Source: Cyclobacteriaceae bacterium
GTDB taxonomy: Bacteria > Bacteroidota > Bacteroidia > Cytophagales > Cyclobacteriaceae
Direction: 5' to 3'
Length of the DNA stretch: 64,000 bases
Assembly: GCA_029858965.1 (NCBI GenBank)
Contig: JAOUDZ010000008.1
Location: 19,971 to 83,970, forward strand
Shown here one piece after another: positions 49,058 to 58,314 of this stretch. The stretch's first letter is position 1, and the number at the start of each line of letters is the position of its first letter. Under the pieces are notes generated by a model. The model was not told the DNA's origin, did no database searches, and saw only the letters and a program-made list of their open reading frames with translations. The translations under genes were made by a program, and so were the position numbers.

Positions 49058-50233
49058 TTATCTCAAATCTATTGCAGTGAATACGAGTTGCGAATACCCA
49101 TCCCGCTCGTACAAAATGCCAATCTTACTTTTACTTATTTTAATGATATCAGAATATGCCGTATAATCATTTCTATTTCCATCAGTCGACTTGTCAACAG
49201 GAATCCTTTTTTCCCAGCTTCTGCCTTCATCAAAACTAATGTAAAGCGTAAGATTATCTCTTCGTGCTGCATCGGCCGCGTTACAGAACGCCAGCACATT
49301 CTTCCCCTTCCATTTTCCAAGTGAAAGAATACTGGCCTGGCAAACCGGATCAGGCAGGCTACTATCAAAGTAGGATGTATCCCATTGAACGCCCCCGCTG
49401 TTGCTAATAGAAACGATACGCGCCCGAATATCGCCTCGCTGATTCCGGGAGTTCATCATAAGTCTGCCCTCCGAAAGTTCCGTTGCCATAGATTCATTTG
49501 ACCCGGGGATTTCCACACTTTCTCCAAGATGAAAAGTTCTTCCATGATCATCTGTAAAATATCCATGGGCTGCATAATCCCTATATTCCGGTTGCGGGTC
49601 CCCCGCGGAATGATTAGCGGCAACAAATATCCTTCCGCGGAACTTGCCAGACTCAAACTGCATGGCATGTCCCGGCGTATTGGCATAGCTTCGCCAGTCT
49701 TCTGAAAAGCGATATTCGGAATTTATTTGAGGCTGATTTGGGCGGTGAACCTGTGCCGTTATATTTACCGGATCTGACCAGGAAAGGCCATTGTCGGTTG
49801 ATGTCTTGTACCATACCTCACGAAGGCCAATTCCTTTTCTTATTTCATTTTCATGATTATTGCCAGTATTGTAAAATAAAAAAATTCTTCCGCCTGGGTA
49901 ATTCGGATCAGCCTGATCGACTACGGGCGCAGGATTGCCCGCCTGCAGGGAGTCGTAATCCACTATGGTTTGTAGCAAACTCCAGGTGTTTCCATCGTCT
50001 GCGCTGCTTTTCATGACGATATTAATGTCACCAAAATCGCTACCACCGCTGACACGGCCCTCACAAAAGGCAAGCAAAATCCCATTGGACAACTTGATCA
50101 TAGCCGGGATACGGTAAACTTTATGACCTTCGGTTCCGGAGGCAAAAACAATTGTCCTGTTTTGTGCGATCGAGAAGTCCAAAGGCCAGAAAATTACAAG
50201 CAGTATTAGTCCGACAGTCTTCATTGAATACAT
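49058..50233 (-). CDS. Sialidase family protein (GH33, BNR/Asp-box)
   Basis: YRIPA, FCEGR, Asp boxes SADDGNTW / STDNGLSW / TDDHGRTF / SFDEGRSW, AYSD, LYE. Confidence 0.88.
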   Translation of the reverse strand: MYSMKTVGLILLVIFWPLDFSIAQNRTIVFASGTEGHKVYRIPAMIKLSNGILLAFCEGRVSGGSDFGDINIVMKSSADDGNTWSLLQTIVDYDSLQAGNPAPVVDQADPNYPGGRIFLFYNTGNNHENEIRKGIGLREVWYKTSTDNGLSWSDPVNITAQVHRPNQPQINSEYRFSEDWRSYANTPGHAMQFESGKFRGRIFVAANHSAGDPQPEYRDYAAHGYFTDDHGRTFHLGESVEIPGSNESMATELSEGRLMMNSRNQRGDIRARIVSISNSGGVQWDTSYFDSSLPDPVCQASILSLGKWKGKNVLAFCNAADAARRDNLTLYISFDEGRSWEKRIPVDKSTDGNRNDYTAYSDIIKISKSKIGILYERDGYSQLVFTAIDLR

Positions 50234-50460
50234 TATTGAATTTTCTCTGCCAGATGGGTACTACTCAGGTCAAATGATGTGAAAACCGGGCATCATCGCC
50301 TCCCCTATGGAAAACATCCAAGTCGAAAAGAAACGCGTTAAGTGGTCTACAAAAATGAATGCTCTTGCTATTCAACGAAGTTAGCAATGATGACCAGCTT
50401 TGCAAAAGCCCTCGAGAACAGATGGCGGTTAACGATAACATTTTTCTTGATGCCGCATGC

Positions 50461-52113
50461 TTATAATATTGATTTAGGGACAACACCCCTTAGCCACACT
50501 TTGAATCCTTTGCGCCATCCAGCTTCCTTATCCGGGTTAAAGGACAAAGTCGTATTCCATGCATTTTCAGGTTTCATATCTTGTTCCATAGCGCTGAACA
50601 ATGCCCCTGCAATTTTTGCATCGTAAATTACAGCCACACATTCTGTATTTAGATTGGCACTGCGCGGGTCTAAATTAAAAGTGCCGATGACTGCAATTTC
50701 CTTATCGATAACCATGGACTTGGCATGCAGGCCGAAGATTGGAGCATAGTCTATTTCCTTTTGAAGTGCTCCTGTCATCACTTTATAACGAATGGCTGCA
50801 TTGGGTTTAAATTCATAAATGTTTACGCCGATATTCAGCAGCGCTTCTCGCTCGCGCCGGTAACCACTGAAGGCCTCCAAATTGTCTGTGGATGCCAAAC
50901 TGTTAGTTAAAATCTTAACCATAACACCCTTTCTTACTGCTTCACTAAAAAGGAGCCTACTGCTGTCCGTGGTAATTAAATAGGGGGACTGAATGCATAT
51001 GGACACTTTGGCATTTCTAATGAGGCTAATAAGTGCATCCGTACAAACGCCTCCACCAGCAAGACCTTCTTCACCATCATTCTTACCCGGAATATCTGAG
51101 ATAAACGAAACACTATCCACCCATACCAAATCTCCTGAGGCTTGAATCCGGTCAAAAGCAATGGGAACCGATCTAATCTTATCACGCACCTGAGGCCAAA
51201 AATTACTGGGATTGCATGCATACTGATGAACGTATTCGAATTTCTTTTCTGTTTCAGATTCAAGCTGCTCAGTACGGACAATACTGGCAATAGGAACACT
51301 TAGCGAACTGTTCCAAAATCGATTGAATGAGTTCTCAACTTCCTTCGAAGCCTTCCCGATAAGCAGAACGTCTCTGTCTCTGAAGTTATATTCATGGTCG
51401 TAATCGAAATATTCATCGGCTATATTCCTCCCTCCGGTAATGACAACCTTACCATCAACAATACACGTTTTATTGTGCATGCGTTGATTGAAACCCCGAA
51501 AATTGGTAGCCACACTATACAGTTTTTCAGGCAGATTCTTGCCAATATTGGCCGTAGGATTATAGATCCTTATAGACAAATTGGGATGTGCATCAAGGGC
51601 TAACAACTCATCGGCGTCAGCTTCAACCATGACATCGTCTATCAGAATACGAACCTTTACACCTCTTTCAGCTGCGCGAAGCAAATAATCCACTGCTATC
51701 AAACCAACGTTATCAGGTGAAAATATGAAATATTGAATATCTATTGTTTCTTCAGCCGACTCGCAGAGCCATGCCCGGGCGATCATGGCGTTGTCACCTT
51801 CCTCCAACGAATAGACTCCGGTTTTGGACGTGGAGAGATCCGAAAACGGTGCCAATTGGTCCGCAAGTCCGTGGGGACCATCAAAATGTATCTGGGCACA
51901 AAAGTCCTCGTCTATGGGTGGATACACACTCTCCTTTGATGAACAGGTGGACTCAAACATGACCAATGTTATCAGCGCCCATCGTAGCATCAAACGATTT
52001 CCACACAGAATCTTTTTGTCGTATGCATTGACTTTTGCCACTTCCCTGTTAGTCATAGCGCTCACAATTATTTGACCAAAACTTCTCTTTGTAAAAAGCC
52101 TTACAAAGTACAA
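50461..52113 (-). CDS. Phospholipase D family protein (cardiolipin synthase ClsC-like)
   Basis: Two HKD motifs: RMHNKTCIVDG...GGRNIADEYF and LHAKSMVID...GTFNLDPRS. The true start is probably downstream of 52113. Confidence 0.88.
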   Translation of the reverse strand: MYFVRLFTKRSFGQIIVSAMTNREVAKVNAYDKKILCGNRLMLRWALITLVMFESTCSSKESVYPPIDEDFCAQIHFDGPHGLADQLAPFSDLSTSKTGVYSLEEGDNAMIARAWLCESAEETIDIQYFIFSPDNVGLIAVDYLLRAAERGVKVRILIDDVMVEADADELLALDAHPNLSIRIYNPTANIGKNLPEKLYSVATNFRGFNQRMHNKTCIVDGKVVITGGRNIADEYFDYDHEYNFRDRDVLLIGKASKEVENSFNRFWNSSLSVPIASIVRTEQLESETEKKFEYVHQYACNPSNFWPQVRDKIRSVPIAFDRIQASGDLVWVDSVSFISDIPGKNDGEEGLAGGGVCTDALISLIRNAKVSICIQSPYLITTDSSRLLFSEAVRKGVMVKILTNSLASTDNLEAFSGYRREREALLNIGVNIYEFKPNAAIRYKVMTGALQKEIDYAPIFGLHAKSMVIDKEIAVIGTFNLDPRSANLNTECVAVIYDAKIAGALFSAMEQDMKPENAWNTTLSFNPDKEAGWRKGFKVWLRGVVPKSIL

Positions 52114-52610
52114 AATAAAAGTCGAAGATGCCCGCGGCGTATACTCTGAGGTACGGACAGGAGTATGAGAAATAAGACCAGACCGAATGTCAATGCATTA
52201 AGATCTCACAAGTAGAATGCTATGCACCGTGTAGCCTCGCAAAAAATACTGCGATGGGCCAGACACGTCCAGGATGTATATATTTGAAATATCACAGCCG
52301 AAGGCTCCCCAGACCGCAGGCCTATAGAACATTCTGCCATAATAAATCCGAAGCGCTAGTACTTACAGCTTTAATCCAAGTGGCTATGCAAATTGTACTG
52401 ATGCGCAAAGACTTGGACCGAGAAGAAAAGATGAATGGAGGCATAAGAGTGCATAATCTTGGAAAACAAACCTTTGGGCGAGTATTAAATTAATTCACCG
52501 ATTTTACTGAAAAGCAGAATCTCTTTTGTAATTTAGTCATCAATGGAGAATGTAACCATGAGCTGCCTGGACGAATTGAGACTTAATAGTAGACTCAAAA
52601 CAGTTATCCA

Positions 52611-52985
52611 ATGAAACTTCTAGTAGAAAACCGCGACGATGGTCTTTACTTATTCTTCTGGCGAAACAATTTTATTAAGGTGGATGAAGTTAGTCAGGAT
52701 GAAATTATCAAAGCCATTAAGTCAACATACAATACCTCCGTTATTGAGCCTTACCACTACTACGTCATAAAATTTGATGGTCTTGTCAGAGTTAAGTATG
52801 AGTATCACAACTTGTATATTAAGAATGACAAACTAAATGAGGAATGGATTGTGGACACAAAAGAGCAGTGGGATAAGCGCATTTTGACCAGCAGGAAAAG
52901 AAAGCTGGCTGTATTGATCCCGTCTGTTACCTCCAGTGCCCAGGACAACTACGCGAAGTTGAGCCCCCAGTACATTTCAAAGTAG
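52611..52985 (+). CDS. Hypothetical protein, 124 aa
   Basis: ATG start in an otherwise gene-free region; AT-rich; globular-looking composition; no recognised motif. Confidence 0.55.
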   Translation: MKLLVENRDDGLYLFFWRNNFIKVDEVSQDEIIKAIKSTYNTSVIEPYHYYVIKFDGLVRVKYEYHNLYIKNDKLNEEWIVDTKEQWDKRILTSRKRKLAVLIPSVTSSAQDNYAKLSPQYISK

Positions 52986-53203
52986 TACCCGATTACAAAC
53001 TACAGTAAAGTAACACTTCGGTAGCGAAGAACCGGTAAAGACCCTAATTCTCCTGGTCAACACCTCACAGATACTATCGAATTCAGACGCAAATGCGCCA
53101 ATAAATGGAAATGCAAAGTCCACTATACGGCAGCCTCCGCCACAATGGACCTAGGAAGATTGTACATGCATTTTTAGTCGTTGGGTGGTTTACCCAATAT
53201 TTT

Positions 53204-53211
53204 TATCTTTG
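53204..53211 (+). promoter_or_regulatory. Bacteroidota -7 promoter box of the tRNA
   Basis: TATCTTTG 13 nt before the tRNA, with a TTG about 20 nt upstream as a possible -33 element. Confidence 0.7.
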
Positions 53212-53224
53212 CGACCATTATTTT

Positions 53225-53296
53225 GGTCCCGTAGTTCAATGGATAGAATAGGAGTTTCCTAAACTTTTGATGCAGGTTCGATTCCTGTCGGGACTA
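53225..53296 (+). tRNA. tRNA-Arg, anticodon CCT (CCA not encoded)
   Basis: Cloverleaf: acceptor GGTCCCG/CGGGACT, D arm GTTC-AATGGATA-GAAT, anticodon arm GGAGT-TTCCTAA-ACTTT, T arm GCAGG-TTCGATT-CCTGT. Confidence 0.95.
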
Positions 53297-53396
53297 CTCA
53301 CAGCAAATTAATTATCAAACGCCTAGATTCAGCCATGAGCTTGACTGGCTGGGCCACATCCAGTTTCTAAAACAAACCCGGTTTGGCGTCGCCACA

Positions 53397-53434
53397 GCAA
53401 AAAAAAACCAACTCAAAAAAGTTGGTTTTTTTGC
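53397..53434. terminator. Bidirectional intrinsic terminator
   Basis: AAAAAAACCAACT-caaaa-AGTTGGTTTTTTT, a 13-bp stem with A/T tracts on both sides, between the convergent tRNA and DUF4399 gene. Confidence 0.8.
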
Positions 53435-53447
53435 AGGTAATATCCGG

Positions 53448-53924
53448 CTACAGATCCCCTTCCACAGTTACAGAGATAGATTTACTCCAATCTTTACCAT
53501 AGGATGCATGCACCCCATTGGCAAACTGCAATGTAAGGGTATGCTCACCAGGACTTAGCGCGAGAGTATCTGCCGTTTGTCCTTTTCCAAAATGGATATG
53601 TGTTGCGTCGGCAGGCACGGTCTCACCTTCCGCTACATAACTACCATCAATAATAAGGTGATGATGACCCTTGCCTTCATTGACTGCGCCGGCTGGTTCT
53701 ATCTCCATCCCGCTTACACCCATGTTGATAATAACTGGCGACTTTACAACGTCGCCGTCCTTAAGGTCCACAAAGTAAACACCGGAATTAGTCTCTGGCG
53801 CAAGGGCCGTTGCTGACTCATCGGTTACAGCATCACTAGAGTCCTCGCTAGCCTCCTTGTTGGAAGGCGAACAGGATATCATTAAAATCAATGCCAGGAA
53901 GATGGTGAAATTTCTCAAGTTCAT
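53448..53924 (-). CDS. DUF4399 family lipoprotein
   Basis: Start at ATG 53924 (MNLRNFTIFLALILMISC lipobox); GHHHLIID, HIHFGKGQT, LTLQFANGVH. Confidence 0.87.
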   Translation of the reverse strand: MNLRNFTIFLALILMISCSPSNKEASEDSSDAVTDESATALAPETNSGVYFVDLKDGDVVKSPVIINMGVSGMEIEPAGAVNEGKGHHHLIIDGSYVAEGETVPADATHIHFGKGQTADTLALSPGEHTLTLQFANGVHASYGKDWSKSISVTVEGDL

Positions 53925-54250
53925 GTTTGTTGTATTTAAAGTTGAATTGTGTGGGTATGGTGTCGGCCAAATAACCTCGATTCGGAATTGATTATCACTA
54001 TCCCAATGGGTATCCGGATTCTTACGAAGAGGCAAACGCCTAAATTCTGACGAAATATACGACAAATATGATCCACGCATAGAGACTATGATTGGCAAAA
54101 GGTGATGAGCATGGATGGGTGGTGGATTTGTAACATCAAATAATCCCAATCCGCGACATTGATATCCACTATTCCGGGTGGGTTGTATGGTCATCCTGAG
54201 TACCGGGACCAGTTATACTTTAGCTTTCAATTCACACTCGCATGCACTGC

Positions 54251-55921
54251 CTATGCTTCTTTCAGCGGTTCTCGATGACCAACCCAGGTAAATCGCCTGC
54301 TTACAAATTCCGGATTCGTGAAGGATGCATTCCCGGCAGGATTTCCGCCTGTTACATGAAAATCAGAAAATGCCGCGTTTTGATTCATATAAATACTTCC
54401 AGTCAGGTTAAAGGATACCGGTGTGCATGCCAACGCCATGGCATCGGCAATCTGTTCGCGAACTGAATGATCAGTTGTATACGCCCCGCATGATATCGCC
54501 CCGCGACTTATCGCCAACGCTTGTGCCAAAGCCAGCGATTCGGCAGTATTTTTTGTTTTAATGAGCAGTGCAATAGGCCCGAAAAGTTCTGCTCCAAATA
54601 ATTCCTCTTTTGAGGCATCAATTTCCAATACGACAGGCGTAGCGAGGCGGGCATTCTTAAACATGGGATTATCAAACACCCGTGACTTAAGCCATACTTT
54701 TGCTTGAAGCTTTTCAACGTCCACGATGCGATCGCACGTTTTTTTGTTCTGAATGGCGCCCAATACGTAAGGTCCCGCTTTCGGATTGTCTACAAGGCTG
54801 TTGATATTATCCACTAACTTCTGTGCAAATTCGTCAAACGTGATGATGCCCGATGGGGTCTTAATACCAGCTTCGGGGATGTAAAAATTTTGAGGTGCCG
54901 TGCACATCTGGCCACTGTAAAGGTTGATGGAGAATGCCAGATTGGCTGCCACTTTATCTGCATCTTCCACGGAGTCCAGGATAACGGAGTTCACACCAGT
55001 CTTCTCCGTGAAAACAGTTTTACCAGGAATCGATTCAAGATAATTTCCAAAAGCAGCATTGCCTGTAAAGTCAATCAACTTCACAACTGGATGTTCTGCA
55101 AGTTCTTTCGTGATCATATTCTCCGCAGTATCAGCTGCAAGCTGGCATGCATCCGGATCAAGTTGGTTTTCGCTCAAAACCTTTCGGATTTCAGAAACAT
55201 ATACGGCAATCGGTAAAATCGCACCCGGGTGTGGTTTGACAATCACAGAATTTCCGGTGATCAGACTTCCATAAATCGCCGCTGTTGAATTCCAGGTGGG
55301 AAAAGTAGAGCAACCTATGACTACTGAAATGCCTTTTGGTACAGGAAGCCATTGTTTGCCCAGCTTAATAGTGTACTTCCCCATAGGTTTTTCCCATACC
55401 GCTTTTGCGGGGAATCGTTGTAACTCTTCGTACCCTGCCGCGATAGCTTCCAGCGCCCGGTCTGCCGCATGGGGACCTGAAGCCTGAAAGGCCATCATAT
55501 AACCCTGGCCAGTGGTGTGCATCGTGGCATATGCGATTTCAAAGAATCTGCCCTTTATGCGTTCCAGTGATTCCATCAAAATACCGGCACGTGCCTTCAG
55601 TCCAATTTTACGCCAGCCATGAAAGGCCTTGCCAGATCGTGCGATCAGTATTTCAGCCGAAAGCGATGGATAACTTACCCCAAGCGCATCCTGCGTATAC
55701 GGACTTTCCTCCCGACCTATCCAATGCTCCGCACCTGCCTGATTCAGTTCGTCAAATCTTTTGCCTAGCAACGCCTGGAATTTTTCCTTTCCATCGCTGT
55801 CAGCTGATTCACCATAAACGGCAGGTGATGGGTTTTCGGGAAAAGCTGCATAAAATGTTCGCGCATGCAATGCGGCTATCGCGTCATTGATTGTCGCTTC
55901 ATGTTTTTCGAAAAGGCTCAT
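54251..55921 (-). CDS. paaN: Phenylacetate catabolism aldehyde dehydrogenase PaaN-like
   Basis: ESPYT, FQASGPHAADRALEA, GCSTFPTWN, YSGQMCTAPQN (catalytic Cys), AAFSDFHVTGGNPAGNAS. Confidence 0.82.
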   Translation of the reverse strand: MSLFEKHEATINDAIAALHARTFYAAFPENPSPAVYGESADSDGKEKFQALLGKRFDELNQAGAEHWIGREESPYTQDALGVSYPSLSAEILIARSGKAFHGWRKIGLKARAGILMESLERIKGRFFEIAYATMHTTGQGYMMAFQASGPHAADRALEAIAAGYEELQRFPAKAVWEKPMGKYTIKLGKQWLPVPKGISVVIGCSTFPTWNSTAAIYGSLITGNSVIVKPHPGAILPIAVYVSEIRKVLSENQLDPDACQLAADTAENMITKELAEHPVVKLIDFTGNAAFGNYLESIPGKTVFTEKTGVNSVILDSVEDADKVAANLAFSINLYSGQMCTAPQNFYIPEAGIKTPSGIITFDEFAQKLVDNINSLVDNPKAGPYVLGAIQNKKTCDRIVDVEKLQAKVWLKSRVFDNPMFKNARLATPVVLEIDASKEELFGAELFGPIALLIKTKNTAESLALAQALAISRGAISCGAYTTDHSVREQIADAMALACTPVSFNLTGSIYMNQNAAFSDFHVTGGNPAGNASFTNPEFVSRRFTWVGHREPLKEA

Positions 55922-56007
55922 GGTGGACTTTGTTTTAATGATAGTATGTAACCGCTGCAGCTTTAGCCTGCAAGCAATGGGCTTGAACCTTGCGGCTTAA
56001 TGCCTTT

Positions 56008-56724
56008 TTAATTCTGCGCGCCGAAAACCTTCTTCAACAGTTCAGTAGTCCGCGCCAGGGGATCCTGCCGGATATTCCTTTCTTCTTTTGCTATCATGGT
56101 GAATAATCCCTCGATGGCTTTATCCGTAGCGTAATCATCCAGATTTGGATTTACATCATCCACCAGCGGAATCTTATTGTAAGTATTCACAATATCGCCA
56201 TAGTATCTTGTGGCGTTTACTTTCTTCAGCGAGTTTTGAATGACCGGTTGAAATTTCTCTTTCAGTTGAGCTGATGTTGTACGCTTGAGATATTGTGTCG
56301 CCGCATCCGGTTGTCCCTTTAGAATTCCCCAGGCATCCTGAATGGTCATTGATTTAATGGCTGTAATAAAGATTGGCTTGGCTTCCTTGGCCGCGTCTTC
56401 TGCACCACGATTAAGTGTCATTACAAACTTATCAACCTCATTACCAAGCCCTATTTGCCGAAGCTTATCCTCGACCTTCTTCACTTCCGGGGGAAAAGGT
56501 ATTTTGATTTCCGGGTTCATGAAGTAACCATCAACTTGCGAGGCCAGATCGGAGCCTGTAGAGATGCCTTTTATCAGGGCTTCTTTCAGACCCTCGGCAA
56601 CTTCGGCTGTCGTCAACGGGCCTTCTGCGCCCAGCGCTTTGTTGACATCACCCATAGTCTGATTAATTTGGGCTGTAGTGCACGCTCCCAATACGGCAGC
56701 AAGCGCTAGAATAATATTCCTCAT
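56008..56724 (-). CDS. DUF4197 family lipoprotein
   Basis: Lipobox LGAC; GLKEAL, LNRGAEDAA, ILKG-x-x-DAATQYL, GLFTMIAKEE-x-x-IR. Confidence 0.9.
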   Translation of the reverse strand: MRNIILALAAVLGACTTAQINQTMGDVNKALGAEGPLTTAEVAEGLKEALIKGISTGSDLASQVDGYFMNPEIKIPFPPEVKKVEDKLRQIGLGNEVDKFVMTLNRGAEDAAKEAKPIFITAIKSMTIQDAWGILKGQPDAATQYLKRTTSAQLKEKFQPVIQNSLKKVNATRYYGDIVNTYNKIPLVDDVNPNLDDYATDKAIEGLFTMIAKEERNIRQDPLARTTELLKKVFGAQN

Positions 56725-56744
56725 GGCTATTCTTGTCTAGGTAC

Positions 56745-56752
56745 CAAAGGTA
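56745..56752 (-). promoter_or_regulatory. Bacteroidota -7 promoter box upstream of the DUF4197 gene
   Basis: Minus strand reads TACCTTTG, 21 nt before the ATG. Confidence 0.6.
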
Positions 56753-56817
56753 TAAAAAACTCTGAAGGCAAATTTCCATCACGTCGCGTAATAATCGGCA
56801 ATGCGAGGCGCAACGTA

Positions 56818-58083
56818 CTATATTTTGGTGACCATTTCGGCGGTTATTTCACCAATATTTTTACACCCTGCGAGAGCCATCGTCAGTTCAAATTCAGTCA
56901 TAAAGTTACTAATCACTTCACTCACGCCCTGCTGGCCTGCTATCGCCAAACCATAAACATACGGTCTGCCTATACACACCGCTTTGGCTCCCAGCGCCAA
57001 GGCCTTAAATGCATCAGCCCCGCCACGAACTCCACTATCCAATATAACGGGAACCTTTCCCCCTACTGCATCAACAATAGGTGGTAATGCTTCAAAAGAG
57101 GAAATCGAACCATCCACCTGACGACCACCATGATTGGAAACATAAATCCCATCCATGCCCGCATCCAGTGCCCTGCGGGCGTCGTCCGGATGCAAAATTC
57201 CTTTTAGAACAATAGGTAGTTTCGTTTGCGCCCGAAGGAATTTCAAATCTCCCCACGTTGTGCGCGGATTCGTATACGTTGACACAAATTTACGAACCGC
57301 ACTTATGGGCCTTCCCGATTTCAACTTCTTTAAAAATCCTTTCCCGGGATAATTGTTTATGATTGAGATCAACCCCCTGATGGTTTTGATGTTTACGCCT
57401 GAATTGGCAACCGAAAGTTGATCAGGCTCATCCATCATTTTTTGAAAAACAGGATCTGATGTGTATTGCGCGATCCCTTTACCCTCCAAAAAGGGCAGGT
57501 AAGCGAGGTCCAAATCACGCGGCCTCCAACCCAGCAGGGGAGTGTCTAACGTAACGGCAATTGCTGAGCAACCGCACTGTTCTGCACGATGTATAAAACT
57601 GGCTACCAATTCATTCGATTTACTCCAATACAGCTGAAACCAGCGTGGACTATCGCCCATCACTTCTGCACATGCCTCCATTGGATAAGAAGCTTGATTT
57701 GAAAAAATGTAAGGAACACCACATGCTGCCGCAGCTCGCGCTACAGCTACATCTGCCTCTGGATTGGCCATTTTCAATACACCGACCGGGGCGAGGAGAA
57801 ACGGAGAAGGTAACTTCTGACCAAATAAATCTACTTGTGTATCACACACCCCTACATCACAAAGCATGCGCGGAACTATTTTGCATTTTTCAAACGCTTC
57901 CCGGTTCGCGCGAACGGTGCTTTCATTGCCTGCCCCTCCGGCGATATAGGCAAAAGCCTGCTGGTTTATGTGCGCGCCCGCCAAAGCTTCAAGTTTGGGA
58001 AAATCAATTTTCGTTGCCGGTCGAATTCCAGCAAAGCCTTTAGCGTATATACTACGTTGCCAGTCGGTTGGTGAGAAATTCAT
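56818..58083 (-). CDS. FMN-dependent alpha-hydroxy acid oxidase (lactate 2-monooxygenase-like)
   Basis: YIAGGAG, LAPVG, WFQLY, VTLD, LKGILH, SNHGGRQ, LDSGVRGGAD, GRPYVYGLA. Confidence 0.9.
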   Translation of the reverse strand: MNFSPTDWQRSIYAKGFAGIRPATKIDFPKLEALAGAHINQQAFAYIAGGAGNESTVRANREAFEKCKIVPRMLCDVGVCDTQVDLFGQKLPSPFLLAPVGVLKMANPEADVAVARAAAACGVPYIFSNQASYPMEACAEVMGDSPRWFQLYWSKSNELVASFIHRAEQCGCSAIAVTLDTPLLGWRPRDLDLAYLPFLEGKGIAQYTSDPVFQKMMDEPDQLSVANSGVNIKTIRGLISIINNYPGKGFLKKLKSGRPISAVRKFVSTYTNPRTTWGDLKFLRAQTKLPIVLKGILHPDDARRALDAGMDGIYVSNHGGRQVDGSISSFEALPPIVDAVGGKVPVILDSGVRGGADAFKALALGAKAVCIGRPYVYGLAIAGQQGVSEVISNFMTEFELTMALAGCKNIGEITAEMVTKI

Positions 58084-58236
58084 ATCACTATATTTCCCCT
58101 AAAGTAAGCCAAATCAAATGCATCAAAAAACACAAACGCATCAAAAGCTGCAACGATTCTGCAGTTGACACATATCCATCGTTCTAATAAGAAATTTCCG
58201 TTTAGAAAATATAGAGAGAATCTCAATCTTCCTGGA

Positions 58237-58244
58237 TACTTTTG
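58237..58244 (+). promoter_or_regulatory. Bacteroidota -7 promoter box upstream of cinA
   Basis: TACTTTTG about 70 nt before the start. Confidence 0.5.
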
Positions 58245-58314
58245 TGGTCAGCGACTTCCTGAAAGAAGCCTTATCGGAATATTGTATAACAATCAACTAG
58301 TCTAATACCTTAAC

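Noticed and set aside
52254-52493. 79-aa ORF in the gene-poor patch
   Set aside because: No motif and no clear initiation context; cannot be distinguished from a chance ORF.
53925-54194. N-terminal extension of the DUF4399 ORF
   Set aside because: The extension is non-protein-like and the lipoprotein signal begins at ATG 53924. Similar over-long starts were trimmed at 1501, 11682, 41637, 49029 and 62792.
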